Origin: Azolla caroliniana
Taxonomy: Eukaryota; Plantae; Polypodiophyta
Reading direction: 5' to 3'
Assembly (NCBI GenBank): GCA_043228905.1
Contig: JBHGNT010000014.1
Location: 11,780,001 to 11,844,000 of the forward strand
Length of the DNA: 64,000 nt
The notes beneath the pieces are model-generated. The model searched no databases. It was not told the DNA's origin and saw nothing but the letters and a program-made list of their open reading frames with translations. Of this stretch, positions 37,586-49,456 are shown piece by piece; the first letter of the stretch is position 1, and the number at the start of each line of letters is the position of its first letter. The position numbers and the translations under genes were made by a program.

Positions 37586-40500
37586 CCATCGAGCTAACGG
37601 ACCCCAACATCCGGAAAACGACATCGTTCGGTTGCAGTAGGAGCCATGCAACTGGACATCTCCCGTCGCCCACATTCTCTTGGTTCCATTACCGGACCAT
37701 CAGGCAATTTCACATTGGAGGTATGGCTTTCGTTTAACTCTAGTTCCATTCAGTATGTTGCTTTACTTGATTCTGGGGCATCTTCTTGCTTCATCGACGT
37801 CGCGTTTGCCCAAGCACATGGCGTACCTGTCGTTGGCCTCTCAAAACCCATTCCAGTTGAAGCCATCGACGGGTGCGTCCTCTCGTTAGGTGCAATTACT
37901 CAAGTTACAATCCCATTAGGGCTTCGGGTGGGCTCACACCAAGAGGAGCTCACCTTTTACCTTCGGAGACGGTCAACTCCGAATTGACTACCCCATCATC
38001 CGTCCAGGATGGGTTTGTTTGTGGCGCCATTTCTAACACACTCCATGTTATTCCCGAAAAATACCAACACTTCTCCGACGTATTTGAAAAATGTAATGCT
38101 GATCGGTTGCCTGAACACCAGCTCTACGACTGTCCGATTGATCTTCAAGAAGGTGCGTGTCCACCCTTTGGTCCTCTATATGCGTTGTCTGCACCAGAGT
38201 TGAAGGCCCTTCGTGTGTATCTTGATGAGAACCTCGAGAAAGGCTTTATTCAACCTTCTAAGTCACCAGCCGGGGCCCCCATTTTATTTGTGAAGAAGAA
38301 GGACGACTCTCTACGCTTATGCGTCGACTACCAAGGTCTCAACAAACTCACTGTGCGCAACTGTTATCCGCTACCTTTGATCCCCGAACTCCTTGATCGG
38401 CTCTGAGTTGCGCATGTCTTCTCCAAAGTTGATCTGTGTGGAGTGTACAATCTAGTATGCATCAAGCCGGGGGATGAATGGAAAACCGCATTTCGAACAC
38501 GGTATGGGCATTTCGAATACAAGGTAATGCCTTTTGGTCTTACTAACGCTCCCGCAGTTTTTCAACATATGATGAACGATATTTTCCGGGAATATCTTGA
38601 TCTTTTTGTTGTCATTTACCTTGATGATATTCTCATTTTCTCGCCAAACATGGAGGAGCACACTCGCCAAGTCCGATTAGTTCTTGCCAAACTTCGCGAG
38701 CATGGCCTTTATGCCAAAGGCGAGAAATGCGAGTTCGACCATACCTCGATCGAATTTCTGGGCTACATCATCTCGCCCACTGGCATCACCATGGATATGA
38801 AGAAGGTCTCTGTCATTTAGGCATGGGCGACTCCAAGGCGACTTAAAGATGTGCAATCCTTCCTCGGCTTCGCGAATTTTTACCGTCGCTTCATCAAGGG
38901 GTTTTCCACCCTAGCACAACCTCTTATCGCTCTCACCCATAAAGGCACTCCATTTTTATGGACTTCGGAGGCACAAAATGCATTCGACTCACTCAAACAC
39001 GCATTCATCACTGCCCCAGTGTTGCTACATGCCGACCCCACAAAACCCTTCCAAGTTGAAACCGATGCCTCTGACTTTGCCATTGGCGCCATCTTATCCC
39101 AAGCAGACGACAACAACCTAATGCACCCAATGGCTTACTATTCCCGAAAATTTACGGCATCCGAAATCAATTATCCCATTTACGACAAGGAGCTTGTTGC
39201 TATCATTGCTGCCTTTGAAGAATGGCGACCCTACTTGGCCGGCACACAACATCGTGTCCAGGTAGTGACTGATCATAAAAATTTAGTTTATTTTTCCACC
39301 ACTCGTACTTTGAATCGAAGGTAGGCCCGTTGGTCGACATTTCTCGCCGACTACGATTTTGAGATCGTATTTCGACCTGGTGGCCAACATGGGAAGGCTG
39401 ATGCCCTTTCTCGCCAAGCTGACCTTGCACTCCGCCCTGGGGATGTTGCTTATGCTCAACAATCTAGACGTTTGTTGAAACCTGACCAATTGCATCTGTT
39501 TGCCACTTGTATGTTGCAGGATGATTCTTTACTCCAACAAATCACTGATGCATCCAAGACCGATGCGTTCGCCAACGAGATTCGAGATAGTCTGCAAAAC
39601 CCCTCCAAGGTGACCAAAAGGAAGGATCTTGACACCTTCACCATACAAGAGGTTTTGTTGTTCCGAGATCATCTCTTATACATCCCAGAGGGCCCATGTC
39701 GCACCCAGGTGTTGCGGGAATGCCACGATGACCCACTTGCAGGTCATTTCGGGGTCGCGAAAACCCTCGAGCTAATCTCTCGGGGATATTGGTGGCCACA
39801 ACCATGGAAGCTGGTCAAAGAATACATAAAGAGTTGTGAGGTTTGTGCTCGCTCCAAAGCCATTCATCATCGGCCATACGGCTTACTATAGCCGCTTCCA
39901 TGTCCTCGTCGTCCTTGGGCCTCTATCTCTATGGACCTGATAACTGATCTACCCTTGGTCAATAGCTATGACTCGGTGTTGGTCGTTGTCGATCGGTTTA
40001 CGAAGATGGCTCACTTCACTCCATGCTCCAAAACCATTTCCGGAGAAGGAATGGTGCAACTCCTACTCAACAATGTAGTACGATTGCATGGACTCCCTGA
40101 TGATGTCATCTCGGATCGCGGACCCCAGTTTGTCTCTCACTTCTGGTAGCGCCTGCTACAAACTTTAGGCATCTCTGTCAAGTTGTCCTCCGCTTATCAC
40201 CCCCAAATTGACGGGAAAACGGAGCGTGTCAACCAAATCCTTGAGCAGTATCTTCGGTGCTCGGTTAGTTACCAACAAGATGATTGGGTCAACTTACTCT
40301 CGCTCGCGGAATTCGCCTACAATAATTCTCTCCATGCATCGACTGGCGTCACTCCCTTCTTTGCCAACTACGGTTTACATCCTCGCTTCAAAATTTCCCT
40401 TCCTACCACTTCCGTGAACCCTTCGGCGGAGGATCGCGCCCGCATTTTGGAAGAAGTACATCATGATTTATCCTTGGAGCTTAGTCTTGCTAGTGAACGA

Positions 40501-41512
40501 TACAAGAAGCAGGCTGATCGCCATCGATCTTCCACTCCACACTTTGTCGTTGGAGACATGGTTTGGTTGTTACGTCGACACATCTCTATTACTCGTCCAT
40601 GTGCGAAACTTGATTACAAGAAGTTGGGACCATTCCGTATCATTGAGTGCATCAATCTCGTCGCCTTCCGGCTCGCCCTTCCATCCCACTTCCGGATTCA
40701 CGATGTTTTTCATGTCTCCCTCCTCGAACCCCATTATGCTTCACAACTCCCAGGACGTCAAGCCCCACCACCACCACCTGTGCAATTAACGACAAGGGAG
40801 GAATACGAGGTCGACCAAATCCTTGACTCGCGTTGGCATCATCGACACTTGCAATACCTCGTCCTATGGAGGGGTTACCCCATGTCTGAGGCCACATGGG
40901 AACCATCGGCAAATTTACAAAATGCCCCAGAGGTCGTCCAAGATTTTCATCACCGATATCCCCACAAACCAGCGGCCGATTTGGGAAGGCGGCGTAAGAG
41001 GGGGCATAATGTCAAGATTGGAACTCTTGACACGACCATGTTATAATCTAGTATTATGAGTTAACCAAGATATCTAGTACTAGTTATGTATGTAATTGGT
41101 CCTTATTATTTTGCTAGCATCATGTGCATAGTTGGTCCCTTGTAGTATTTACACTTGGCACATGCATGCATACCTACATGCTCTATTGTAGATTCACATG
41201 CGTGCAACAAGTATGCATGCCATGTAGTATAAATAGAGGAGTTCACCTTGAAGGAATTCAAGGTGAACAACACCAATTATGGAGTCTTTCCTTTAATACT
41301 ATCTTCTTTCTTGTCCATTTGGTTATCTTCTTGCTTGTCTCTTGAGTTTATGATCTGTGACAGTTCGGCGGAGTCAAAGTCAAAGTTGTCTCTAGTGCGT
41401 ACCAGGATGTAGACTCGTCGAAGACTACGTCTTGACTTACCCGAACCACTCGGGTAGAAGGGTGGTAGCATTGGTATGCCTTCTTCTCGGACGAGTATCC
41501 TACGAGGATACA
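37586..41512 (+). mobile_element. Tcn1-like chromovirus (Ty3/gypsy): gag end, PR, RT, RH, INT, chromodomain, PPT, 3' LTR 41010-41512
   Basis: ALLDSGASSCFID; [45 protein letters not shown]; YLDDILIFS; ETDASDFAIGAILSQ; GPF motif; EEYEVDQILDSR..YLVLWRGYPMSEATWEP; PPT AAGAGGGGG. Confidence 0.93.
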
Positions 41513-43245
41513 TTTGCGTTGAGCTTCTGTTGGTTTTCGTTATGGATTGCGTACATTCGCAATGCTTCTGAACACCGTGAGGTGCGACAAGATCGATTTC
41601 CTTCCGACGAGGAGCTCGTATGGAGTTAGCTCATGCGCTCCATTAGTGGTGCACTGGTTCATGAGATAGATGGTCGTGGATGCCGCGTCGGCCCAATAGA
41701 AGTTCAGCATGTGCTTCTCATGCATCATGGTGCGTGCTACCTTGAGTATTTGCTGATTCTTCCTTTCGGCGACTCCATTTTGTTGGGTTGTGTGTCGCCA
41801 CGAGAATTCTCTCCGAATGCCTTCACTTTGGAGGTAGGAGGTGAATTCATTGAAGAAGTACTCCTTGCCTCCATCGGATCGTAGGCATCGAATGTGCCGA
41901 CTGGTTTCTTTTTCGACTTGTCCTTAAGCTTTTGGAAGTGGGAGAACACCTCGCTCCAAATTCTTTGTTATTGTGGGCACATGCAAGGCATTCTTGATGC
42001 AAGTTTGCTTGACTTCTTTCCCGAATGGGACATTGCCGATGTGCCGAATGGGAATGGGAGGTGAATTCATTGAAGAAGTACTCCTTGCCTCCATCGGATC
42101 GTAGGCATCGAATGTGCCGACTGGTTTCTTTTTCGACTTGTCCTTAAGCTTTTGGAAGTGGGAGAACACCTCGCTCCAAATTCTTTGTTATTGTGGGCAC
42201 ATGCAAGGCATTCTTGATGCAAGTTTACTTGACTTCTTTCCCGAATGGGACATTGCCGATGTGCCGAATGGGATGTATGGTGTCGTCTCCCGTCTCTATG
42301 AAGCTGGGTCGATCCGATGTACGCAAGTCATTGAACCTCTCTTTGTGGGATGTCATGTGATGTGAAGTGCCGGAATCGACGAACCAAACATCTTCCGAAT
42401 TGGAGGTGCTTGCAAAGTCGGAGGCCGACATAGTGTTTGCTCTATGCCTCATTACGAATAGTCCACCGTAGTCCTCGTATTCAGAGTTGGTGGACTTGTC
42501 GAAGCTGATTCGCTTCTTCTTTTTCGGCACTCCTCCTCGCAGTGGCCGATTTTTCCACAATAGTTGCAAGTTGCAGGCCTCATTTGCCGACCTTGTTCGG
42601 CATTGAAACTCCCCCTTCTTCCGAAGGTTCCTTGATGGCTTTCGTCTTGTTGTCGAAGGGTTGAGTTCCCTTCGGTCATGTATATGTGCTACGTATCGGC
42701 ACTACGATAGCAGATAACCGGATTTTGTCGTCGATGTCTCGAACACACAATCGCGGAGTCAGGTGGGCTTAGTGGATTTTCTAAACCACATGCTTTGATA
42801 CCATGTTAAGAATTAGATAATTAACCAAGGGTTAATTAGTACCTAATTATGTGATTAGTTGATAAGCGGAAGATTAAGTGATATCTGTGTGTATGTGTGT
42901 GAGAGGAAGACAGAGAGGAAATTACAATTATGAACAACACAAGATGGGGGATGATTAACTCTATATTAAATTAGCATCATCATCATCAAGATACAAAAAT
43001 ACCCACAATGAGGTATATATACATCTCATGTGCAAAGGTGCACATTTGTGAGTAGAATATAGGTACTAAGGTGTAAGTCCTATATTAAATGTACTTAGGA
43101 GTGGAGGATCTAGAGTAGCCCACTTAAGTACAAGGTCCTATTTAAGGCGTTATAGTCAACACTCCTAACTAGATTCTATCTAGGTAACTACGAAGTTACA
43201 TGGTTGCCTAAATAACTAAACTAAGTTGAGCTTGATCTCTCAACA
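41513..43245 (-). mobile_element. Heavily deleted Ty1/copia element E (5' LTR 42804-43245, PBS 42792-42803)
   Basis: CNYCGKIGHCEEEC, WFVDSGTSHHMT, integrase pieces; internal 220-bp tandem duplication 41837-42273. Confidence 0.85.
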
Positions 43246-43249
43246 AAGA

Positions 43250-43651
43250 CCATTTTGTCAGAAACTTGTACTTACCACATTGATCACGTGATTAATCTCC
43301 CCTTATGAAAGCATCCTAGATGGGCTAGTGCGCGCCCGCGAGTGTACACTCCTCTTTGTGCGCCTCTACATCTTCGGCTTACGCTTTCTTCGACATTTTG
43401 TTCGCATCTCTTTTGTTTGCCTAGCTTCTTTGACTATCGTGAATGTTCGACTAAGTCTGAATCTACGACTAGTTCGAGCGTTCGACTAGAGTGAGCATTC
43501 GACTAGTCGAATCATGGACTAGTTGAAACTTCGCCTAGTTCATTTGACTAGTTTCATCGACTAGAGTCTACAACTAGAGTCTACGACTAGTCCTTTCGAC
43601 TAGTTGATCATTTGACTAACCCCTTTCTAGGACAAAGGGGTTTCTTTAACA
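43250..43651 (-). repeat. Probable LTR U3 fragment with a CGACTAG motif cluster
   Basis: Minus-strand start TGTTAAAG at 43651; about 14 degenerate CGACTAG motifs in 43445-43620. Confidence 0.5.
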
Positions 43652-44313
43652 AACACCTTTATTCGACAAATTATAGTGAATCTTCGCCTTACTCTCCCTT
43701 TGTCTCCTCCATCTTTATGATTCCCTGGTCCAAGACCCCCATGGTCCCCACTCAAGTGGCATAGACACACGTGTAAACGCGAGAACATTCCTAGAGGGTT
43801 TTCCTAGCTTTCAAGAACTCATGTTGAGGATGAGAGCATTATTGATGACTATTGCAATGGTCTTTGATCTTTGGTCATAATGAGGATGGCATGACGATAG
43901 GTATATTTTGGAGTTTTGAGAAATATGAGTAATGTATGTACATGAAAAATTCATAAAGTTTACTCACGTGTTTGAAAAATACTTTTAAAGACTTAGTCAA
44001 TTATGTAACCTAATCACATGAAAATCAAGATTCCGGAAACAATTTAAACTTACCATAATTAGGATATAATAATTAATTCCTAATCTTCTTTGGTTACAAA
44101 GTATGATAATTGTATGTGTATTATAATACTCGCACACAAAAATGGGCATCACACGGATGCAAAATATATTTTTACACAAGAGAGTTCAAACTCGTCATTT
44201 CTCGTCACAAGACTTACAGTAGAATTTCGATTAAAACCTTCATTTATGATTAAAACCTTCATTTATGACTAGGGGCTTTGTTTAGGAACTAAATTAAGCA
44301 ACACCATTTACAG

Positions 44314-44616
44314 AATGATTATGAAGAACGAGGAGAAAGAGGAAGTCCACGAGGAAGAGATATCTCAGATTTGCCGCCTCAAGCAGTTCTTTCTGTTTCT
44401 CCCTCAGATCCGTACGAACAGCTCGAGGTTTCAAAGAAGATCACGGCTATGGTGATTTCTTCTAGGTTATCTCAGCTGGAGGCACAGACAGGAAAGCTGC
44501 GTGGAAAAATTAAAGAGAAGGAAGAACTAATACATAATTTGAAGAATCGTGTTTGTGAACTTGAGCAAGCTCTTCATGATTCATCTTCTCGTCTTTCTCA
44601 GGCTCTTGATGAACAG
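44314..44616 (+). CDS. Coding exon of an At4g15545/NAI2-interacting protein (NAIP)-like coiled-coil protein; no further exons identified, possibly a pseudogene
   Basis: DLP..VLSVSPSDPYEQLEVSKKITAMVISSRLSQLE matches my recollection of the family motif LPSDPFEQLDVARKITSIALSTRVSALE; CAG|GT donor at 44616/44617; possible TTTACAG acceptor at 44313. Confidence 0.75.
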
Positions 44617-45907
44617 GTTTTATTCCTTTTTCCTGTTTCTATGGTCATAATTGTTTTTTGTGCAGAATAGAGGATTTTTTAAGAATCGTTTCTACCATCC
44701 TGTGAGAATGAATATTATAATTCTATTTCATTGCCTATACAAATTGAAGTAACAATTGAATGTTGTCTTTATTTAGTGGAGCAGGTTTAAATTAAGTTGT
44801 TTTTCCTTGCTATTTTGCTCATATTTTTTCTAACTCCTTTCTCAATAGAGAAAACTTTTCCTGTAAGAAAAAAATACGTCAAAGGATAGAGAAAACTCTA
44901 ACGAGACCAATGAAGTTGTTTTTTCCTTGCGATTTCCATTTTCTATCAAAACTTTTTTGCTCCTTTTTTTTCTCAGAAAAGGGAATGTTCTCATTACGAA
45001 ATAACCTTGTAGAGTCATATTATTTCGTGAATGATGTGGCTATAGTGTGCTTGTAATTTTCTTTTTAGCTCCAAGGTTTCAGTTTTGTTTTTTTCCAAGA
45101 TAAGAAAATGTTTTTACGTATAAAAATTCATCCAGAAGGATAGAGTTATCTTAATATTTCACAAATAAAGAAATAGGAGTATATAGCCCGATATACAATT
45201 CAAGGAAGGCTATGAAGCACATGTAGATACCTTAATCATCTACTTGTGTGCATTTTTTGTTAAACTTTCTAGCAGAGCCTAATCATATAGTATACTATAT
45301 AAGAATGAATAGGAGGTTCTTATTTCTGAGAAAACAAAATATTTTTCATAGAAAAAATTATTGGGAAGGATAAAAATATGTACGTAGCTCTATTGACGAT
45401 ACTTTTTCTCTTGGGTACAGGAAAATAGCTTTTATTGAAGGATAAGGATGTGTACACAGTTCCACCCAACAGCTACTTAACTAGGTTCACACTATTCTAG
45501 CTATGTTCACACCAAAGCTTTCATAGGATACAAATTGAGTGTAAGATTAATTGCCTTCATTTTTGGGAGCTACTTTCGAAGTTTATACCCACCTACTTGC
45601 CCCTGTTTATTGAGGCATTCAATAAACCAACTTCTCCAAGGAGGCTATTGTAAGCCTTGTGATTCCTTTATCCAGGTCAACTCTAGATGTACACCTCAAC
45701 TCTATAATTTGGTGGAATTTTGAGGAAAATACAGCATACATGGGATGAAGTAGTAGCAATTGACAATAAATTGACTATGAACGCTTGGCCCTAATGATAC
45801 TATTCAAAGTTCTTGAGAAGCATGATAACTGCTTCCAAAGTTTGGCAACCTCATCTTGATCAACTCCTATCAAATCTAGGAGCATTCTGACTATGGAGCT
45901 GGAGAAT

Positions 45908-45927
45908 CCTAAACCCTAAACCCTAAA
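45908..45927 (+). promoter_or_regulatory. Telo-box / short interstitial plant telomere motif (CCCTAAA)~3
   Basis: CCTAAACCCTAAACCCTAAA. Confidence 0.6.
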
Positions 45928-46466
45928 TTTGATGTGCTGGAACTTGAATATCTTCGCTAATTTTGTCGTTTTGGTAGATCCCATCACAATCCCTTCAAAT
46001 TAGTTTTGGACAAATTTACTCAATGAATTGGATCATAGATGCATGCAACTTCCATTCAATTGATATAGTAATGACTTGTGAGAAGAGAGAAAATCATAAT
46101 ATTGGATTCTCTTGGATTCCGGTCCTTATAAGGTTGACATTGATACATTTTCACGAGATAACAAACTTGATTAAAACCACACAGTAGCTAATAATTTACC
46201 TCTAAACTAGCCTCGCTCTTTGCCATTAATTTCAGAAATAAAATGAGAGGATAAAGTACTATATGCTCTTTAGAAAGTAATGTTCAGAATAAATGAGTGT
46301 TTATTGTGTCTTTCAATGTTAAAAAGTTTTTTAATCACAATCAAGAGACCAGATAATAGAAACAAATTATTGGATTTTCTATAATCAAAACACTCAGAAA
46401 CTAATCAGAGCAGCCTCTGTCTATCTGGGATCAGGATGTTGGAGTCTTGAAGAGAGGTATACCTGA

Positions 46467-49007
46467 CTATGGGACATACTGTCCTCCCTGGATGTTATGG
46501 TCGAGGTTGAGGAGAGTTAGAGATTGCAGTACAAGAGGAGATGCAGAGTGGGTGCTTTCCGCCGACTCTAGCGGCCAATTTGGATTCCACTTTTCAACCT
46601 GGTCTTCTTCTAAGATTTGCACTACTGAAGCCATGGAGGGACGTGAGTTCGGCTCCGATTGAACACACCCTAATGCCAGTGTAAAGAGTCTCTTGAAGCT
46701 CTCGGTGGATACACTCGTCCTCACCAACTGCTTGTCCAGCACATTATCCACCACTTTTTCAGCATCGTAATCGAAAGAATTGAAGCTTATAGATCCCGTA
46801 GGATTTGATAACACTAATGAAGATGATGGTGCTGACATTGGTGATGAAGACGATGATGATTTAACCACACTTAACACCCATGTTGGCAAGTAGCCCTTCA
46901 CCGAATCCAAGCACCTCCTCCCCGTTATCAACTCGAGCAAAACTACTCCATAGCTGTACACGTCCGACTTCGACGTTATGGACGTTTCTTGTAGCCATTC
47001 TGGAGCCAGATATCCCCTTGTCCCTTTCAATGTAGTCATCATAAATCCCTGCATCTCATTCCCATCGATCAGCTTGGCAAGGCCGAAATCCGCAACTTTG
47101 GCATTGAAGTCTTCGTCTAAGAGAATGTTCTCGGGCTTCACATCGCAATGAACAATGTGCTCGGGTCCGCACTGATGGTGGAGATACTCGAGGCCCCGGG
47201 CTGTGTGAAGAGCTATCTTATATCGGGTTTCCCAATCTAAAACAAAGTTACTCTCTCCGTCTTTTTCTTTCCTAAACAACCATCTATCCAATGACCCTCC
47301 TGCCATGAACTCATAGACTAGTAGCCTGTAATCCCCCTCCACACAAAACCCCCTCAGCCTAACCAGATTCACATGTGAAACACTTCCTATAGTGGCTACC
47401 TCTGCCTGGAATTGCTGTGTGCTGTGTGCAATTCCTCCACCTCCTCCTTGATCCAGTTTTTTCACTGCTATTTTCACCTTTGTTGAGCCCAGTTCTCCCT
47501 CGTAGACTGATCCGAACCCACCTGATCCGAGCTTCTTTGAGAAATCACCCGTTGCAAGCTGCAAATCCCGGTATGTGAACTGGGGTGGAAGCCGGGGGAG
47601 GTTTTGTAAGAAAATCTTGACAGCGAACTCATCAGACCGCAGCCTTCTTCGTCTCCGAAGGATGAAAAGAATGAGGAGACCAATGATTAAAAAGAAAACA
47701 GTGCCTACCACTGCCCCTGCGATTATGGCCGTAGAGCGATTCTTGGATTTGGGGATCTTGAGGAACATGAGTTGGCTACTGTTGTTTGGGCCACCCTCTA
47801 GGATCGTGTAGAGGATAGGGAAGAGAGAGCATGAAGAGGTGGACGAATCGAAGAGAGCGGCATTGCATGAGCTATTTGCAGAGCAAAGCTGAAGACATTC
47901 AGTCTGAGAAGCCACCGCGTGTGGAGAGAACTGGGGATGGAAGACAACATTGATAGGTTTCATGTTGTATTTGTAGTTAATTGGGTTGCAATCGTTGCTT
48001 GAATTTGAAATGAATCCTGGGGGGCATTTGCAGGTGAGGTTTGGACCATTTGTAGTGCAGAGTCTATACTGGCCTTCACATGCTTTGGGCATGTAGCAAG
48101 GCTCAATAGTGGAGTTGTAATACCCAATATTCTTGGATCCATTCCAGTAATTGATCAAGAAATTGCCACCTTGCACATAACCAGATCTTATTGGGAAACT
48201 TGTGTTGGGGCTCTGGTTTGTATTCGATGGAACTATAGCCATAAGATTAGATGACGCATCATAGTATTCAATGGCATTTCCTACCATTACATGATCCACT
48301 AATGCTGCATTAATCGTTGATTGGGACGCATTGTATGGATTAAAGCTATGGTAAGCATACATGTTCTCAAGCAGAACCATGAGAAGGTGACCCCGTGGGC
48401 TCAAAACAAGGGCATAATTGCCAGGGATGTTGAATTGGGTGGACTGTGGCACACTTATGCGCTCGTAAAGCGTGGTATTTCGGGTGAAATTCATACCTGA
48501 AGGGAACAGAAAGATGTCGTTGAAGGCAGTGAAGCTTTGCCAGATGACGAGTTGGGCGGCATTGGTGAGGACAAGGTTGCCGTCCTCACGAAGCGTCATG
48601 TTTTGGACGCCCAAGCCAGCCGTGTTTGATGTCCACACGACATGTTCGTTATCACTATAGAATGAGAGCTCACCATTCTCAGCTAGGACGAGTTTGCACG
48701 CGGACCCTTGTACCGGGCTCGGTTTGATGTTGAACGACCATATGGCTGCGTTGGCATCTTTCTTTTCGTATAGAACTCCACACATGCAGTAATCCAAGCC
48801 CTTATCCGTCCATTTACGGAACCCGAGATTGAAGAGATTAGCATTGGGGGAGACGAGGACTTTGTTGTTCTGATCAGGGGTGAAAGTTGTTCCTATTGGT
48901 ACAGAGCTTGGTTGGGACGAGTCAGCGTGTATGAGAATCGTGGTGAAAAGATGGAGGGGAAGAAAAAGGGCTAGTCCCAACACACCTGAATTAAGCAAGA
49001 GATTCAT
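46467..49007 (-). CDS. G-type lectin S-receptor-like Ser/Thr kinase (SD-2-like, intronless, non-RD), 846 aa
   Basis: Signal peptide; B-lectin (VWTSNT, LREDGNLVL, IWQSF); EGF-like and PAN cysteines; TM followed by RRRRR; LGSGGFGSVY, AVKKL, HCDVKPEN, DFG, GYLAPEW. First in-frame ATG is at 49007 (the track's 49016 start is TTG just after a stop). Confidence 0.96.
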   Translation of the reverse strand: MNLLLNSGVLGLALFLPLHLFTTILIHADSSQPSSVPIGTTFTPDQNNKVLVSPNANLFNLGFRKWTDKGLDYCMCGVLYEKKDANAAIWSFNIKPSPVQGSACKLVLAENGELSFYSDNEHVVWTSNTAGLGVQNMTLREDGNLVLTNAAQLVIWQSFTAFNDIFLFPSGMNFTRNTTLYERISVPQSTQFNIPGNYALVLSPRGHLLMVLLENMYAYHSFNPYNASQSTINAALVDHVMVGNAIEYYDASSNLMAIVPSNTNQSPNTSFPIRSGYVQGGNFLINYWNGSKNIGYYNSTIEPCYMPKACEGQYRLCTTNGPNLTCKCPPGFISNSSNDCNPINYKYNMKPINVVFHPQFSPHAVASQTECLQLCSANSSCNAALFDSSTSSCSLFPILYTILEGGPNNSSQLMFLKIPKSKNRSTAIIAGAVVGTVFFLIIGLLILFILRRRRRLRSDEFAVKIFLQNLPRLPPQFTYRDLQLATGDFSKKLGSGGFGSVYEGELGSTKVKIAVKKLDQGGGGGIAHSTQQFQAEVATIGSVSHVNLVRLRGFCVEGDYRLLVYEFMAGGSLDRWLFRKEKDGESNFVLDWETRYKIALHTARGLEYLHHQCGPEHIVHCDVKPENILLDEDFNAKVADFGLAKLIDGNEMQGFMMTTLKGTRGYLAPEWLQETSITSKSDVYSYGVVLLELITGRRCLDSVKGYLPTWVLSVVKSSSSSSPMSAPSSSLVLSNPTGSISFNSFDYDAEKVVDNVLDKQLVRTSVSTESFKRLFTLALGCVQSEPNSRPSMASVVQILEEDQVEKWNPNWPLESAESTHSASPLVLQSLTLLNLDHNIQGGQYVP

Positions 49008-49117
49008 CAAAGCCAATGGCTAATTGGTGTGAATGATTAAGAAAGAAGCTCAAGCGTAATAAAATCTTTAATGTGGTATTCTCGTATGGTGTCTTTATAA
49101 GAAAAGAAAGAAAAAAA

Positions 49118-49330
49118 TGGCAAATTGGCTAGGGGTGTGAGAATTTTTTGTTTTATTTATATCATATCATCTCTTTGGACCAATTCTCCGGCAAAGTGGC
49201 TAGCTGTGTGATTCCTTTTTGTTTTGTTTATATGATATTATCTTTTTGGACCAATTCTTTGGCGAAGTGGCTATATGTGTGAGCATTTTTTGTTTTGGTT
49301 ATATCATATCATTTCGTTGAACCAATTCTC
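49118..49330. repeat. 71-bp tandem repeat x3 just upstream of the kinase
   Basis: GGC(A/G)AA(T/G)TGGCTA...ACCAATTCT units at ~49118, 49189, 49260. Confidence 0.85.
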
Positions 49331-49456
49331 TAGCCTCTCCTTTGCACCATATATGTATGTGTATATGTTGTAGTTAACGAGGCAAAGTTGACCTTGAAGG
49401 CATTTTTGTAAGGATGCCTTTTAATAGTCAATGTGGACTTGTTTGATGATTCCCCT

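Noticed and set aside
43445-43620. Short repeats with variable spacers
   Set aside because: Motifs of 6-7 bp and spacers under 12 bp are far too short for CRISPR
45908-45927. Telomere or chromosome fusion scar
   Set aside because: Under three units; such telo-boxes are common in plant genic regions
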